Position numbers and translations under genes: made by a program. A stretch of 43,648 nucleotides of DNA from the IMG/VR virus record IMGVR_UViG_3300048855_000207, positions 1 through 43,648 of that record, one strand, 5' to 3'. Of the stretch, positions 8,615 to 16,984 are shown piece by piece (position 1 is the stretch's first letter; each line of letters begins with the position of its first letter). Under the pieces are notes generated by a model, which saw only the letters and a list, made by a program, of their open reading frames with translations, ran no database searches and was not told the DNA's origin. Source of the stretch: a virus. Its lineage: Duplodnaviria > Caudoviricetes.

Positions 8615-9605
8615 GGGAACCCGCTACACCATGTTCAGCGCGGGCCAGGGCTCATTCCGCGCCGCTAAGATCGACCAGCTCCTCCATCCCGAGGCCTCCC
8701 ACCGACTGGTCTTCACCGACGTGCTCTATGAGGACGCTGACGCCTACCGTTTCCTGATCGAGGCCGCCGCGAATATCTATGGTCGTAGCGTCCCCTGGGT
8801 GCCGGCGGCGGAGGACTTCCCGGACTACCGGGTCGATGCCTCGGTTCCGATCGAAGACTATGCGGGCAACCCGGACTGGCGCCGGTTTCTCTCCCAACTG
8901 AAAGACCGGGCGGCCGAGACGTTGCCCGAGCTTATCTGGCTGGTGGAGGGGCGTGATCCTTGGGAGACGTTCAGGGACGAGCGGTTCCTCGGCAACAGCC
9001 GGGTCGATCCGTGCTCCAAGTTCGGCAAGCGCGAGACTCTCGACCGGTGGCGTAAGGCCAACTGTGATCCAGCGAACGACGTGTTCCTCGTCGGCATCGG
9101 CGAGCATGAGCGTCACCGTTTTGCTGGGGGCAGGGGCGCGGCCGGTATCCGGGCCCGCATGGCTGAGACCGGCTGGGCCTATGAGGCGCCGTTGATCGCG
9201 GCCGATGAGGCCATCAGCAACGCCGGGCCCCGAGCGCTCCCCAGCGGCGCACTCCGCATCCTCTACGACCCCCTAGAGGACTTGGGGCTCCGCACGCCGC
9301 GCCTCTACGGGTTGGGCTACGTCCACAACAACTGCGGAGGCTTCTGCGTTAAGGCGGGCCACGCTCATTACCAAAACCGCCTCAAAGTGCAGCCGGAACG
9401 CTTCGCCTATGACGCGATCATGGAAGAGAAGCTTCGTGTTTACCTCGGCGCTGACGTCTCCATGCTTACGGATCGTAGCGGCGGCCTAGGCAAGCGGCCG
9501 ATGACGCTCGACGCCTTCGCGCGGCGGCTGATCGCTGATCCCGCCGCCAAATATGAATACGAGCCTGGGTCCAGCGGCTGCGGCTGCATGATTGACCCCG
9601 GCTGA
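8604..9605 (+). CDS. PP-loop / PAPS-reductase-like adenine nucleotide alpha-hydrolase family protein, Cys-rich
   Basis: N-terminal FSAGQGS (SGGxDS-like), LVFTD...ED, DPCS..K, HNNCGGFCVKAG, C-terminal GCGC. Confidence 0.68.
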   Translation: MATEGTRYTMFSAGQGSFRAAKIDQLLHPEASHRLVFTDVLYEDADAYRFLIEAAANIYGRSVPWVPAAEDFPDYRVDASVPIEDYAGNPDWRRFLSQLKDRAAETLPELIWLVEGRDPWETFRDERFLGNSRVDPCSKFGKRETLDRWRKANCDPANDVFLVGIGEHERHRFAGGRGAAGIRARMAETGWAYEAPLIAADEAISNAGPRALPSGALRILYDPLEDLGLRTPRLYGLGYVHNNCGGFCVKAGHAHYQNRLKVQPERFAYDAIMEEKLRVYLGADVSMLTDRSGGLGKRPMTLDAFARRLIADPAAKYEYEPGSSGCGCMIDPG

Positions 9606-9629
9606 CCCTATCGCCTCCAGCGAGAGGCA

Positions 9630-9642
9630 CCCAAGGACACCC
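9630..9642 (+). repeat. Direct repeat CCCAAGGACACCC, right copy
   Basis: Exact 13-mer also at 8263-8275. Confidence 0.7.
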
Positions 9643-9643
9643 T

Positions 9644-11662
9644 TTGAACACCAAGTACCGGCCGGCGCTCTACGCGAGCGTCCAGGCCCTAATGTCGCAC
9701 GCCCTCAACAGGGACTTCGTCAGCGACATCGAGACCGATGGTCTCCTCGAAGCCGTTACCGTCATCCACAGCGCGGTCCTCATCGACGCCGAGACCGAGG
9801 AGGTCTGGGACTTCGAGCCCGCTGAGATACCCCTCTACCTCCAGCTCTACGCCAAGATCGTCGCCGATGGCGGCCGTATCGTTGGCCACAACTTCATCGG
9901 CTACGACGCCGCGGTCATCGAGAAGCTCCACGGCATCCCGATCCCGCCGGCCGAGAACCTCGTCGACACCGTCTGTCTCGCCAAGCTCCTCTTCTCCGAC
10001 ATCAAGGCGTCTGACTTCCCGGCCGCAAAGGCCTGGAAGAGCTACAAGGCCAAGCTGGACGAGACGACGGCGCTGGGCTCGACCGTGCCCCCACCGGCCA
10101 TGAAGGCCCCGCTGGAGTTTCCCGGCCAGTTCGTCGGGATGCACTCGCTAGAGGCTTGGGGCTACCGCCTCGGGTCCGAACGCAAGGGCGATTACTCGAA
10201 GGAAATGAAGGACCAGGGGCTCGACCCTTGGGCGTCGTGGAACCCCGCGATGCACGATTACATGATCCAGGACGGCCGAGTGAACCTCGCGCTCTTCCGG
10301 CACCTCATGTCCTTCGAGCCCTCGCCGCAATCCGTCCTCTTGGAGATGCGGGTCCAGCGGCTCTGTTCGAAGATCGAGCGCAACGGCTGGCCCTTCAACG
10401 TCAGCGAGGCCGAGCGGCTCTATCAGGACCTTACGGCCGAACGGGAGCGCCTGTCTCAGGACCTCCGCTCTCTGTTCCCGCCATGGGTCGTCCAGCTCGA
10501 AGACTTCATCCCGGCTCGCGACAACAAGACCAAGGGCTACGTCAAGGGCGTCCCAGTCCCGCGGTTCGAGACCATCGAGTTCAACCCGTCGTCACGGGAT
10601 CACATCATTGACCGGCTGAAGAACAAGTACGGCTGGGTCCCGAGGGATGACGATTACACTGACGGCGGCAAGCCGAAGGTCGACGACGACATCCTCAAAC
10701 GTCTTCCGTACCCCGAGGCCAAGGCGCTCGCGCGGTACTTCCTCATCCAAAAACGCATCGGTCAGCTCGGCGAAGGCAATCAAGCCTGGCTTCGCGTCGT
10801 CAGCAAAGAAGGGAAGATACATGGACGCTATAACACTAACGGCGCTTCGACGGGCCGAGCGACACACTACAATCCCAACATCTCCCAGGTCCCCTCTGTG
10901 GGTGCGGAATATGGACGGGACTGTCGAGCGCTGTTCACCGTCCCTCGCGGCTGGCGCCAGATAGGTGCCGACCAGGCAGGCCTTGAGCTACGCTGCCTGG
11001 GATCGTTCATCGCTGCCTTCGACGGTGGCAAATACATCGAGGTCGTCCTCAACGGCGACATCCACTGGGAGAACGCCAAGGCGCTCTTCGGTCTTCCCGA
11101 CGACACCGTCCGGGACGACGAGAACCCCCAGCACAAGAAGATGCGGAACGTCGCCAAGACGTTCATCTACGCCTTCCTCTATGGGGCAGGGGACGCCAAG
11201 CTCGGGTCGATCGTCGGCAAGGGCCGCGTGGCCGGGGCCAAACTCCGCGCCCGGTTCCTCACCAAGTTCCCCGCGCTCAAGAAGCTCATTGCTGCCGTCC
11301 AGTCGGCCGCGAAGAAGGGGTGGCTGAAGGGCCTCGACGGCCGGAAGCTCCCGGTCCGCTCGGAGCACTCCGCCCTCAATACGCTCCTGCAATCGGCAGG
11401 CGCGATCATCTGCAAACAATGGATCGCCGACGCTGAGCAAGCGCTCGTCGATGCCGGCCTCAAACATGGCTGGGACGGCGACTTTGCCATTCTCGGCTGG
11501 GTCCATGATGAGCTTCAGGTCGCCTGCCGGGCAGGTCTGGAGGATCAAATCGCGGCTATCCTCGTCGAGACTGCACGGCGGGCGGGCGACCCGTTCCCAT
11601 CGTGGCGCTGTCCGACCGATGGGGATGCCAAGATCGGCGCCAACTGGGCCGAGTGCCACTGA
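9644..11662 (+). CDS. DNA polymerase family A with 3'-5' exonuclease (T7 gp5-like)
   Basis: DIETDG, GHNFIGYD, HSLEAWGYRLG, DQAGLELR, RNVAKTFIYAFLYGAG, WVHDE; start could be TTG 9644 or a later ATG. Confidence 0.98.
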   Translation: MNTKYRPALYASVQALMSHALNRDFVSDIETDGLLEAVTVIHSAVLIDAETEEVWDFEPAEIPLYLQLYAKIVADGGRIVGHNFIGYDAAVIEKLHGIPIPPAENLVDTVCLAKLLFSDIKASDFPAAKAWKSYKAKLDETTALGSTVPPPAMKAPLEFPGQFVGMHSLEAWGYRLGSERKGDYSKEMKDQGLDPWASWNPAMHDYMIQDGRVNLALFRHLMSFEPSPQSVLLEMRVQRLCSKIERNGWPFNVSEAERLYQDLTAERERLSQDLRSLFPPWVVQLEDFIPARDNKTKGYVKGVPVPRFETIEFNPSSRDHIIDRLKNKYGWVPRDDDYTDGGKPKVDDDILKRLPYPEAKALARYFLIQKRIGQLGEGNQAWLRVVSKEGKIHGRYNTNGASTGRATHYNPNISQVPSVGAEYGRDCRALFTVPRGWRQIGADQAGLELRCLGSFIAAFDGGKYIEVVLNGDIHWENAKALFGLPDDTVRDDENPQHKKMRNVAKTFIYAFLYGAGDAKLGSIVGKGRVAGAKLRARFLTKFPALKKLIAAVQSAAKKGWLKGLDGRKLPVRSEHSALNTLLQSAGAIICKQWIADAEQALVDAGLKHGWDGDFAILGWVHDELQVACRAGLEDQIAAILVETARRAGDPFPSWRCPTDGDAKIGANWAECH

Positions 11663-11982
11663 TGGGCCCCAAACCCATGCGCTTCGTCGAGATGGACGGG
11701 GGATGCCTTGTTTGCGTCTCCCACCGCCTCAACCACGATGGCTACCTCCGCAAGGCGTGGGGCTCTCCGCGCAACGGCAATGCCGTCCTGGAGATGTTCC
11801 ACCGCTTCATCTTTCGAGCCCTCAACGACCTGGAGGCCATCCCTGATGGATACGAGGTCGACCACCTCTGCTTCAATCGGGCGTGTTGCGCCCCCAGCCA
11901 TCTGCGGATGCTCCTTGCGACAACGCATCGTATCGAGACGAACCAAACGCGCTGGGCTCGCAAAGCCGCCCCCATTTCCTGA
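11662..11982 (+). CDS. HNH endonuclease-like protein, possibly degenerate
   Basis: DGY...HR...VDHLCFNRACCAPSHL; the usual Asn of C.NP.HL is Ala; TGATG coupling to polymerase. Confidence 0.75.
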   Translation: MGPKPMRFVEMDGGCLVCVSHRLNHDGYLRKAWGSPRNGNAVLEMFHRFIFRALNDLEAIPDGYEVDHLCFNRACCAPSHLRMLLATTHRIETNQTRWARKAAPIS

Positions 11983-12178
11983 CGTCATCCTCCCGGTCCT
12001 TCAACGGGCCTGGGAGGCACCCTTTACCACTCGATCGGACTTCGCCCGAGCCCACACCGAGGAGGTCGCGATAGCGGCTTGCCTGGGGCTCATCACGGTC
12101 CGCCACGACCTGAACGACTGGGGCCGCGCTTGGAAGATCACTTCCGCCGGCCTTTCCATCTTGGAGACCATCGAATGA
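11975..12178 (+). CDS. T7 gp5.7-like protein; no canonical start codon at the expected position
   Basis: VLQ...F...SDFARAH...VA.AA..GLIT......GRAWKITSAG resembles T7 gp5.7; same position after the polymerase. Confidence 0.72.
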   Translation, partial: FPDVILPVLQRAWEAPFTTRSDFARAHTEEVAIAACLGLITVRHDLNDWGRAWKITSAGLSILETIE

Positions 12179-12741
12179 CCCGCATTTCTCTGCCGCTCTA
12201 CGCGGCCCACGACATCCACCTGGCCGCTACCGGCATCATCGACTTGCTCGTTGGTGAAATGAACCCGCTCAACGAGGAGGGGACCGATCAGGCCCTCGAC
12301 GAAGCCATGGCCGAACGCGAGACCTTCAAGCGCCACATCGCCTTCCTCGGCGACCTTGCGGACGCTCGGGACCAAGCGATCGACGAGTTCATGGCGGAGC
12401 GTGCCGGCTTCAAGGCCCGCATCGCCCACCTCGAAGGCATCCAGGCCTCCCAGACCCGTGCGCTCACCACGCTCATGGAAGCCGCCGCACCGCCGCCGAC
12501 CGTGTCCATCCTGGGCGCCGAGAACGCCAAGCTCCGCTCGGACGTGCGGGCCCTTGAGGACGCTACGATCCAGGCGGCCGGCTTCATCGACAGCCTCCGC
12601 TCGACCCTGAAGCGCCTCGGCGTCACCTTCGACACCGACGAGCTTGGGATGCCCCGCGTCTCGGTCAACGCCGACGAGCTTGCCTCGTGGGCCTATGAGA
12701 CTCATCAGGCTCAGCGCACCGTCGCGCAGTCGTTCGACTGA
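12175..12741 (+). CDS. Coiled-coil hypothetical protein with internal duplication
   Basis: ATGA coupling, GGAG RBS; DQALDEAMAERETFKRHIAFL / DQAIDEFMAERAGFKARIAHL. Confidence 0.72.
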   Translation: MTRISLPLYAAHDIHLAATGIIDLLVGEMNPLNEEGTDQALDEAMAERETFKRHIAFLGDLADARDQAIDEFMAERAGFKARIAHLEGIQASQTRALTTLMEAAAPPPTVSILGAENAKLRSDVRALEDATIQAAGFIDSLRSTLKRLGVTFDTDELGMPRVSVNADELASWAYETHQAQRTVAQSFD

Positions 12742-12989
12742 TGCTCGGCTGGCTTCGCCGGTTCGGTGGGGCCCTCAAGCACCTTCTGACCGGCAGGGAC
12801 GGCCACACCTATGCGCCCTCAAGGGTCTATTGGTGCCTCGCGGCCGTCACCCAAATCGTCCTCTCGTTCTGGCACGTCATCGTCTTGGAGCGCGACTTCT
12901 CTTCGACAGACTTCGGCACCGGCATGGGGCTCGTCCTCACGGCGGGCGGCTTCGGTGTCTGGATTACGCAAAAGACTGAGCCGAAGTAG
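12741..12989 (+). CDS. Putative holin (two TM segments)
   Basis: 82 aa, two hydrophobic stretches, charged C-terminus; TGATG coupling. Confidence 0.55.
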   Translation: MLGWLRRFGGALKHLLTGRDGHTYAPSRVYWCLAAVTQIVLSFWHVIVLERDFSSTDFGTGMGLVLTAGGFGVWITQKTEPK

Positions 12990-13003
12990 GCGCGAAGACT
13001 CAG

Positions 13004-13648
13004 CTAAGCCTTACGTTTCGCCGCCTCTACGTACATCTCGCCTATCTCCTTGGGATCGAAGCCGATCTTCCTAAGCATGTGACGGTTGAACATCTCGGCT
13101 AAGAGCAAGCCTCCCAGAATGCCGAGCAGGATCGAAGATACAGCAACAAACATTATATCCCAGGGAAAAGAGTCGTCGATCCCCTCGGGAAAATTGATTG
13201 TCACGCCTTTTTGACTTGCTCGCGCTGAGGGTCGCTCTCGTGATCCTGTTCGTATCCAGAAAGCGGTAATCTCGCCCTTCTTAAAAAGAGCATAGGTCAG
13301 AGTCAGTTTTCCAGACTCTAACTTCGTCTTTGGGCGTTCTGCATCGTCGAGCGCCACTACGTCGCCTGCGTCTATGAGGGGCGACCCGTCATTTCCGGTG
13401 ATAGTAGCGGATACGTCTGCAAGGTCTTCATTTCCGGTGTTCATCAGCGTGACGAAGTGAAACCAGTGACTGCCGTCCTTTTTCGATAGGCTTTGCCGAA
13501 CGGCGTCGGACACGAAAAAGGTGTTCATGTCTGTCACCGTTATCCGATGATCATTCGCATTAGCCCATCTCTGAATTGCCGGAGACAGCAAAGCGAGGAG
13601 CGCTCCGCCCACTACTGTCGTTAAAACGCCAAAGAAAAACTTTCCCAC
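13004..13648 (-). CDS. Membrane-anchored hypothetical protein, lower-GC antisense moron
   Basis: N- and C-terminal TM helices around a beta-rich domain; visibly more AT-rich than flanks. Confidence 0.7.
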   Translation of the reverse strand: MGKFFFGVLTTVVGGALLALLSPAIQRWANANDHRITVTDMNTFFVSDAVRQSLSKKDGSHWFHFVTLMNTGNEDLADVSATITGNDGSPLIDAGDVVALDDAERPKTKLESGKLTLTYALFKKGEITAFWIRTGSRERPSARASQKGVTINFPEGIDDSFPWDIMFVAVSSILLGILGGLLLAEMFNRHMLRKIGFDPKEIGEMYVEAAKRKA

Positions 13649-13705
13649 CGTCGTGCCCCTGAGCTTTTGTAGCTCTCATAGCGCGCTCGATCTGCGAGGT
13701 CTCGA

Positions 13706-13882
13706 CTGAAAGTAACTTCAGACACCGTCCGGCACCCTGACGGCTCCTACCGCTACCGGCTCCACCACGGCGCCACCCTCCTCGTAACGTCCGGTCCATT
13801 CGCCTTCGAGAGCGATGCGCGACGCACGGGCCTCAACTTCGCCAGCGACCCCAAGGGCGTCCTAGACTTCTTCTCGCACTAA
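13706..13882 (+). CDS. Small hypothetical protein (58 aa, CTG start; not in ORF track)
   Basis: GAGGT RBS 5 nt before CTG; phage-like codon usage; KVTSDTVRHPDGSYRYRLHHGATLLVTSGPFAFESDARR... Confidence 0.5.
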   Translation: MKVTSDTVRHPDGSYRYRLHHGATLLVTSGPFAFESDARRTGLNFASDPKGVLDFFSH

Positions 13883-14181
13883 TGACGCTTGATCCAATCC
13901 GCGATCGCCCAAGCGATCGAGCCGGCGGGAATGAGGAGGAGGACGGCCAGCGTATTGAGGAAGGAGTAGAACTTCGTGGTGTCAGAGGTCGCAAGCTCAA
14001 GCAGCTTTGCTCTCTCCGCGGGCGATAGTCCGGGCGCTTTCAATACCGCAATAATCGCGTCCGAGGGCGGCGATCCCGCAAAGGCTCGCGTCAGTACCGC
14101 GCTCGCAATAGCGCCTATTATTGCCGATGCGAGGGGCACTGCTCCGTATAGAACTATCCGCTCGCGCCTACTCGCTTCCAT
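13879..14181 (-). CDS. Small two-TM membrane protein, antisense moron
   Basis: AAGGGGAAG RBS; two hydrophobic helices. Confidence 0.68.
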   Translation of the reverse strand: MEASRRERIVLYGAVPLASAIIGAIASAVLTRAFAGSPPSDAIIAVLKAPGLSPAERAKLLELATSDTTKFYSFLNTLAVLLLIPAGSIAWAIADWIKRH

Positions 14182-14291
14182 GGTCTTCCCCTTTTAACTT
14201 TCACCCATAGGGACGGAGCTCTCGCTCGGCAATGGCGGCGAAGTCCCATCATTTGTCCCAGCCGGGACTTCTTCGACAAGGAATAACCTAC

Positions 14292-14705
14292 ATGACTACC
14301 TTCACCAGCTCGCGCCTGGGCGTCTTCGGCCGTCTGCTCGCCTTCCCGTTCATCGTTGCGGCCTATGCGGCACGTGCGGCCTCCGACGAGTTCCGTACTG
14401 AGTTCGGTGCCCTCAAGACCGACTTCGTCCCGGCGGTCCGCTACGTCGCCACCGGCAACCCGGAGAAGAGCCTCGTGGCCCATGCGGGCGACAAGGTCCT
14501 TTCGCTGCGTGATCGCATCCGTCTGGTCTTCGAGACCTACGCCGCGGACCGCCTCATCGCCCTGTTCCTCCTGCTTGCGATGCCGTTCCTCGCGTTCTAC
14601 ATGATCTGCATGATCCTGAAGGACGAGGACTTCTTCCCCGGCCTGTGGGCGGCCATCGTCGAGTGCTCGAAGGCGATCGTCACCGGCGACAAGATCATCT
14701 CGTAA
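14292..14705 (+). CDS. Hypothetical membrane protein
   Basis: AAGGA RBS before ATG 14292; hydrophobic C-terminal segment. Confidence 0.7.
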   Translation: MTTFTSSRLGVFGRLLAFPFIVAAYAARAASDEFRTEFGALKTDFVPAVRYVATGNPEKSLVAHAGDKVLSLRDRIRLVFETYAADRLIALFLLLAMPFLAFYMICMILKDEDFFPGLWAAIVECSKAIVTGDKIIS

Positions 14706-15145
14706 TGAGCTGGCTGACCCGAAAGCTCCTGGCGTACCTCGCCGGGGGCCTGGGGTTGGCCCTCATCGCTGCCGCTTCGTTCGGCTGGCTCCAAACGGAC
14801 CGGCTCAACGCGGCGAAGGGCACCATCACGTCCCTCAAGGGCGAGGTGTCGCTCCTAGTCCAGCGCGTGAAGACCGACGCCCAGCTCATCGCCACTCGCG
14901 ACCAGCTCATAGGCACCCAGAACCAGGCGGTCGTTGCGATGCAGCAAGCCGCCGACGCGGACCGTGAGGCCTATCAGGCCCGCATCGCCGCCGCTGAGAA
15001 GCTCGCCAAGGTCCAGAAGGACCGCGCCGCCGACATCATGTCCCGCCAAGCCTCCACTCAAGACGAGCTGGAGCGCTCGCGGGAAGCACTGCGCCTCATC
15101 CAGGAGATGGTGGGCGTCGATACGGGCTCACTTAAGGCGGAGTAA
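14705..15145 (+). CDS. Putative i-spanin (Rz-like)
   Basis: N-terminal TM followed by long Ala/Gln-rich coiled coil; TAATG coupling. Confidence 0.62.
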   Translation: MSWLTRKLLAYLAGGLGLALIAAASFGWLQTDRLNAAKGTITSLKGEVSLLVQRVKTDAQLIATRDQLIGTQNQAVVAMQQAADADREAYQARIAAAEKLAKVQKDRAADIMSRQASTQDELERSREALRLIQEMVGVDTGSLKAE

Positions 15146-15490
15146 CGCGAGTGCTACGGCAGCCGAGAAGAGTCCGCAGGAAGCTATCTGAAGAATGGCG
15201 GACATTCTCGGCCACCATAAAAGCGGTATCTTCTTGAAAGGCGATTTAAAGATCGTCGGTTTCGAGGCCCAATGAACCCGCAACAGGACCATTAGTCCAG
15301 CGCAGCCCAAACCAGAGAAGAAAAGCCAAGCCGATGGAAAGAGGGCTGCTCTCGTCTTCTCGTTGCTAACGAACGCGGACGCAGTGGCCAAAAGACCGCC
15401 CCCGTTCCCGATCGCCATGTAGTCGATCCACTTGCGCCCCCAGTATCGGAGGGCCTCGGCTGATCGTTCCTCAAGTGTCTCCGCCATCAT
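15128..15490 (-). CDS. Multi-TM hypothetical protein, antisense moron
   Basis: Three hydrophobic segments; GNGGGLLA motif; lower GC. Confidence 0.62.
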   Translation of the reverse strand: MMAETLEERSAEALRYWGRKWIDYMAIGNGGGLLATASAFVSNEKTRAALFPSAWLFFSGLGCAGLMVLLRVHWASKPTIFKSPFKKIPLLWWPRMSAILQIASCGLFSAAVALALLRLK

Positions 15491-15537
15491 CCCCCCAAGC
15501 GTCGTCTTTGTCGAAGGGGGAAATACAGGATATCGCC

Positions 15538-15729
15538 GTGTTCATCAAACCACCCTTCAAGGCCCCTCCAGGCGCCGAAGAGACCTTCGAGGTCCGCTAC
15601 TCCAAGGGCCGCAAGCCCTTCGCGACCCGCAAAGACGCCGACCAGTTCGCCAAGGATCAAAGGGCCCTTGCGGACGGCTGGGCCGAGGTCTCTCAGGTCA
15701 TCAAGATCGTCGTGGACCGCAAGTCGTGA
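15538..15729 (+). CDS. Hypothetical protein
   Basis: GTG start after AGGA; 63 aa. Confidence 0.62.
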   Translation: MFIKPPFKAPPGAEETFEVRYSKGRKPFATRKDADQFAKDQRALADGWAEVSQVIKIVVDRKS

Positions 15730-15920
15730 GCGGCCTCAGCATCCTCGCCGAGGTACGCCACGAGGCCTACCGCGACGGCTGGAACCAAGCGTCCATGATC
15801 GCCCACGACGACGCCTTCGAGCGCGGCCGGCAACTCGCGGAACAGGACGCCCCCAAGCGTCTCCGCTGGTTCCTTTTCGGCCTGCTCGTGGCCTCTCTCA
15901 TCGGAGCCCTGTTCACATGA
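15726..15920 (+). CDS. Hypothetical protein with C-terminal TM
   Basis: GTGA coupling; 64 aa. Confidence 0.6.
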   Translation: MSGLSILAEVRHEAYRDGWNQASMIAHDDAFERGRQLAEQDAPKRLRWFLFGLLVASLIGALFT

Positions 15921-16153
15921 CGATCGCCCGCATCACGGTCCCCGCCGCATGGGGACCCACGCATACCCGCCGCGCCGAGATTGCCGAGTTCAAGCTCGGT
16001 CCTGGGCCTTGTGGCCTAACGGTCACGTCGATCGACGCTCAGCTCTCCGAAGGTTGCCTCTCGATCATCCAGCTCCACAGCGACGGCCCGGCCAAGCACT
16101 TCATCTACCCGCTGAGCCAGCTCACGGGCCGCATCGAAGCGGAGATGGCATGA
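15917..16153 (+). CDS. Hypothetical protein
   Basis: ATGA coupling; 78 aa. Confidence 0.62.
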   Translation: MTIARITVPAAWGPTHTRRAEIAEFKLGPGPCGLTVTSIDAQLSEGCLSIIQLHSDGPAKHFIYPLSQLTGRIEAEMA

Positions 16154-16476
16154 TCCGGCTCCACCCCATCCTCCGCCGCTGGAAGGCCCTCGGGTGGCTA
16201 TTCGCTACCCCGCTGGCCCTCGCTGCCTGCTCCACGACCCCAAAGCCCCTCGTGCCTGATACGCCCCCACAGGCCGTCCAGGTCCTCGTCCCGATCGCCA
16301 AGCCCTGCAAGGTCGAGAAGGTCGATCCGTCGCCACTTGTCACCGACAAGATGGGGGCAGGGGACGACCTGTACGAGGCGGTCAAGCGGGTCCTTGCGGA
16401 CCGAGCGATCCTCATGGCCGACCGCACGAAGCTCGTGGCCGCGAACAGCAACCCGTGCCCGGTGCCGAAGCCATGA
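16150..16476 (+). CDS. Putative o-spanin (Rz1-like lipoprotein)
   Basis: Lipobox LAAC, Pro-rich segment, VQVLVPIAKPC and C-terminal Cys. Confidence 0.68.
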   Translation: MIRLHPILRRWKALGWLFATPLALAACSTTPKPLVPDTPPQAVQVLVPIAKPCKVEKVDPSPLVTDKMGAGDDLYEAVKRVLADRAILMADRTKLVAANSNPCPVPKP

Positions 16477-16673
16477 ACCGCAACCGTCTCGCCATCGCCG
16501 TTGCGGAAGCCGAGCGCTTCCTCAGCCGCGTTAAGGACCTGCCGGACCCGCGGCCCTATCAGTGTCTCGGCCGTACCTTCATGGACGACAACTCCCCACG
16601 CGAAAGCGGAGCGATCCGTCGTGCCAGCATGGACCTCACGCGCGCCCTAGCGGACCTCCGGAAGCCGGGATGA
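16473..16673 (+). CDS. Hypothetical protein (RRASMDLTRALADLR motif)
   Basis: ATGA coupling; 66 aa. Confidence 0.65.
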   Translation: MNRNRLAIAVAEAERFLSRVKDLPDPRPYQCLGRTFMDDNSPRESGAIRRASMDLTRALADLRKPG

Positions 16674-16978
16674 CCCGCGAGGAGCGCCTACAGGGCCTCC
16701 GCGACCTCGAAGCACTCGACATCACCAAAGTTCCGTTGCGCCGCCTGGAGGTGGCGTGGCTGGACGCTACGTGCCTGTACGAGGCTCTCGACGCGGGCAT
16801 CATGTCCGATGGGCTGTGGGATCGTCTCACCAAGCACCTCTTTGTCCGCCGGACCCGGCTCTCTCCCTACTTCCGCCACGCGGTCCCCATGGCCTGCCTT
16901 CAGGGCTCCACGGGCTCAGGGATCGACTGGTCCCGCGGCATCCCCAACCTCGCATTTGAGGCTCTTCGCGAGCCCTGA
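16670..16978 (+). CDS. Stand-alone protein resembling domain Ia of NAD-dependent DNA ligase
   Basis: LYEALDAGIMSDGLWDRL resembles Y...D.P.ISD..YD.L; ATGA coupling. Confidence 0.5.
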   Translation: MTREERLQGLRDLEALDITKVPLRRLEVAWLDATCLYEALDAGIMSDGLWDRLTKHLFVRRTRLSPYFRHAVPMACLQGSTGSGIDWSRGIPNLAFEALREP

Positions 16979-16984
16979 GAACGC

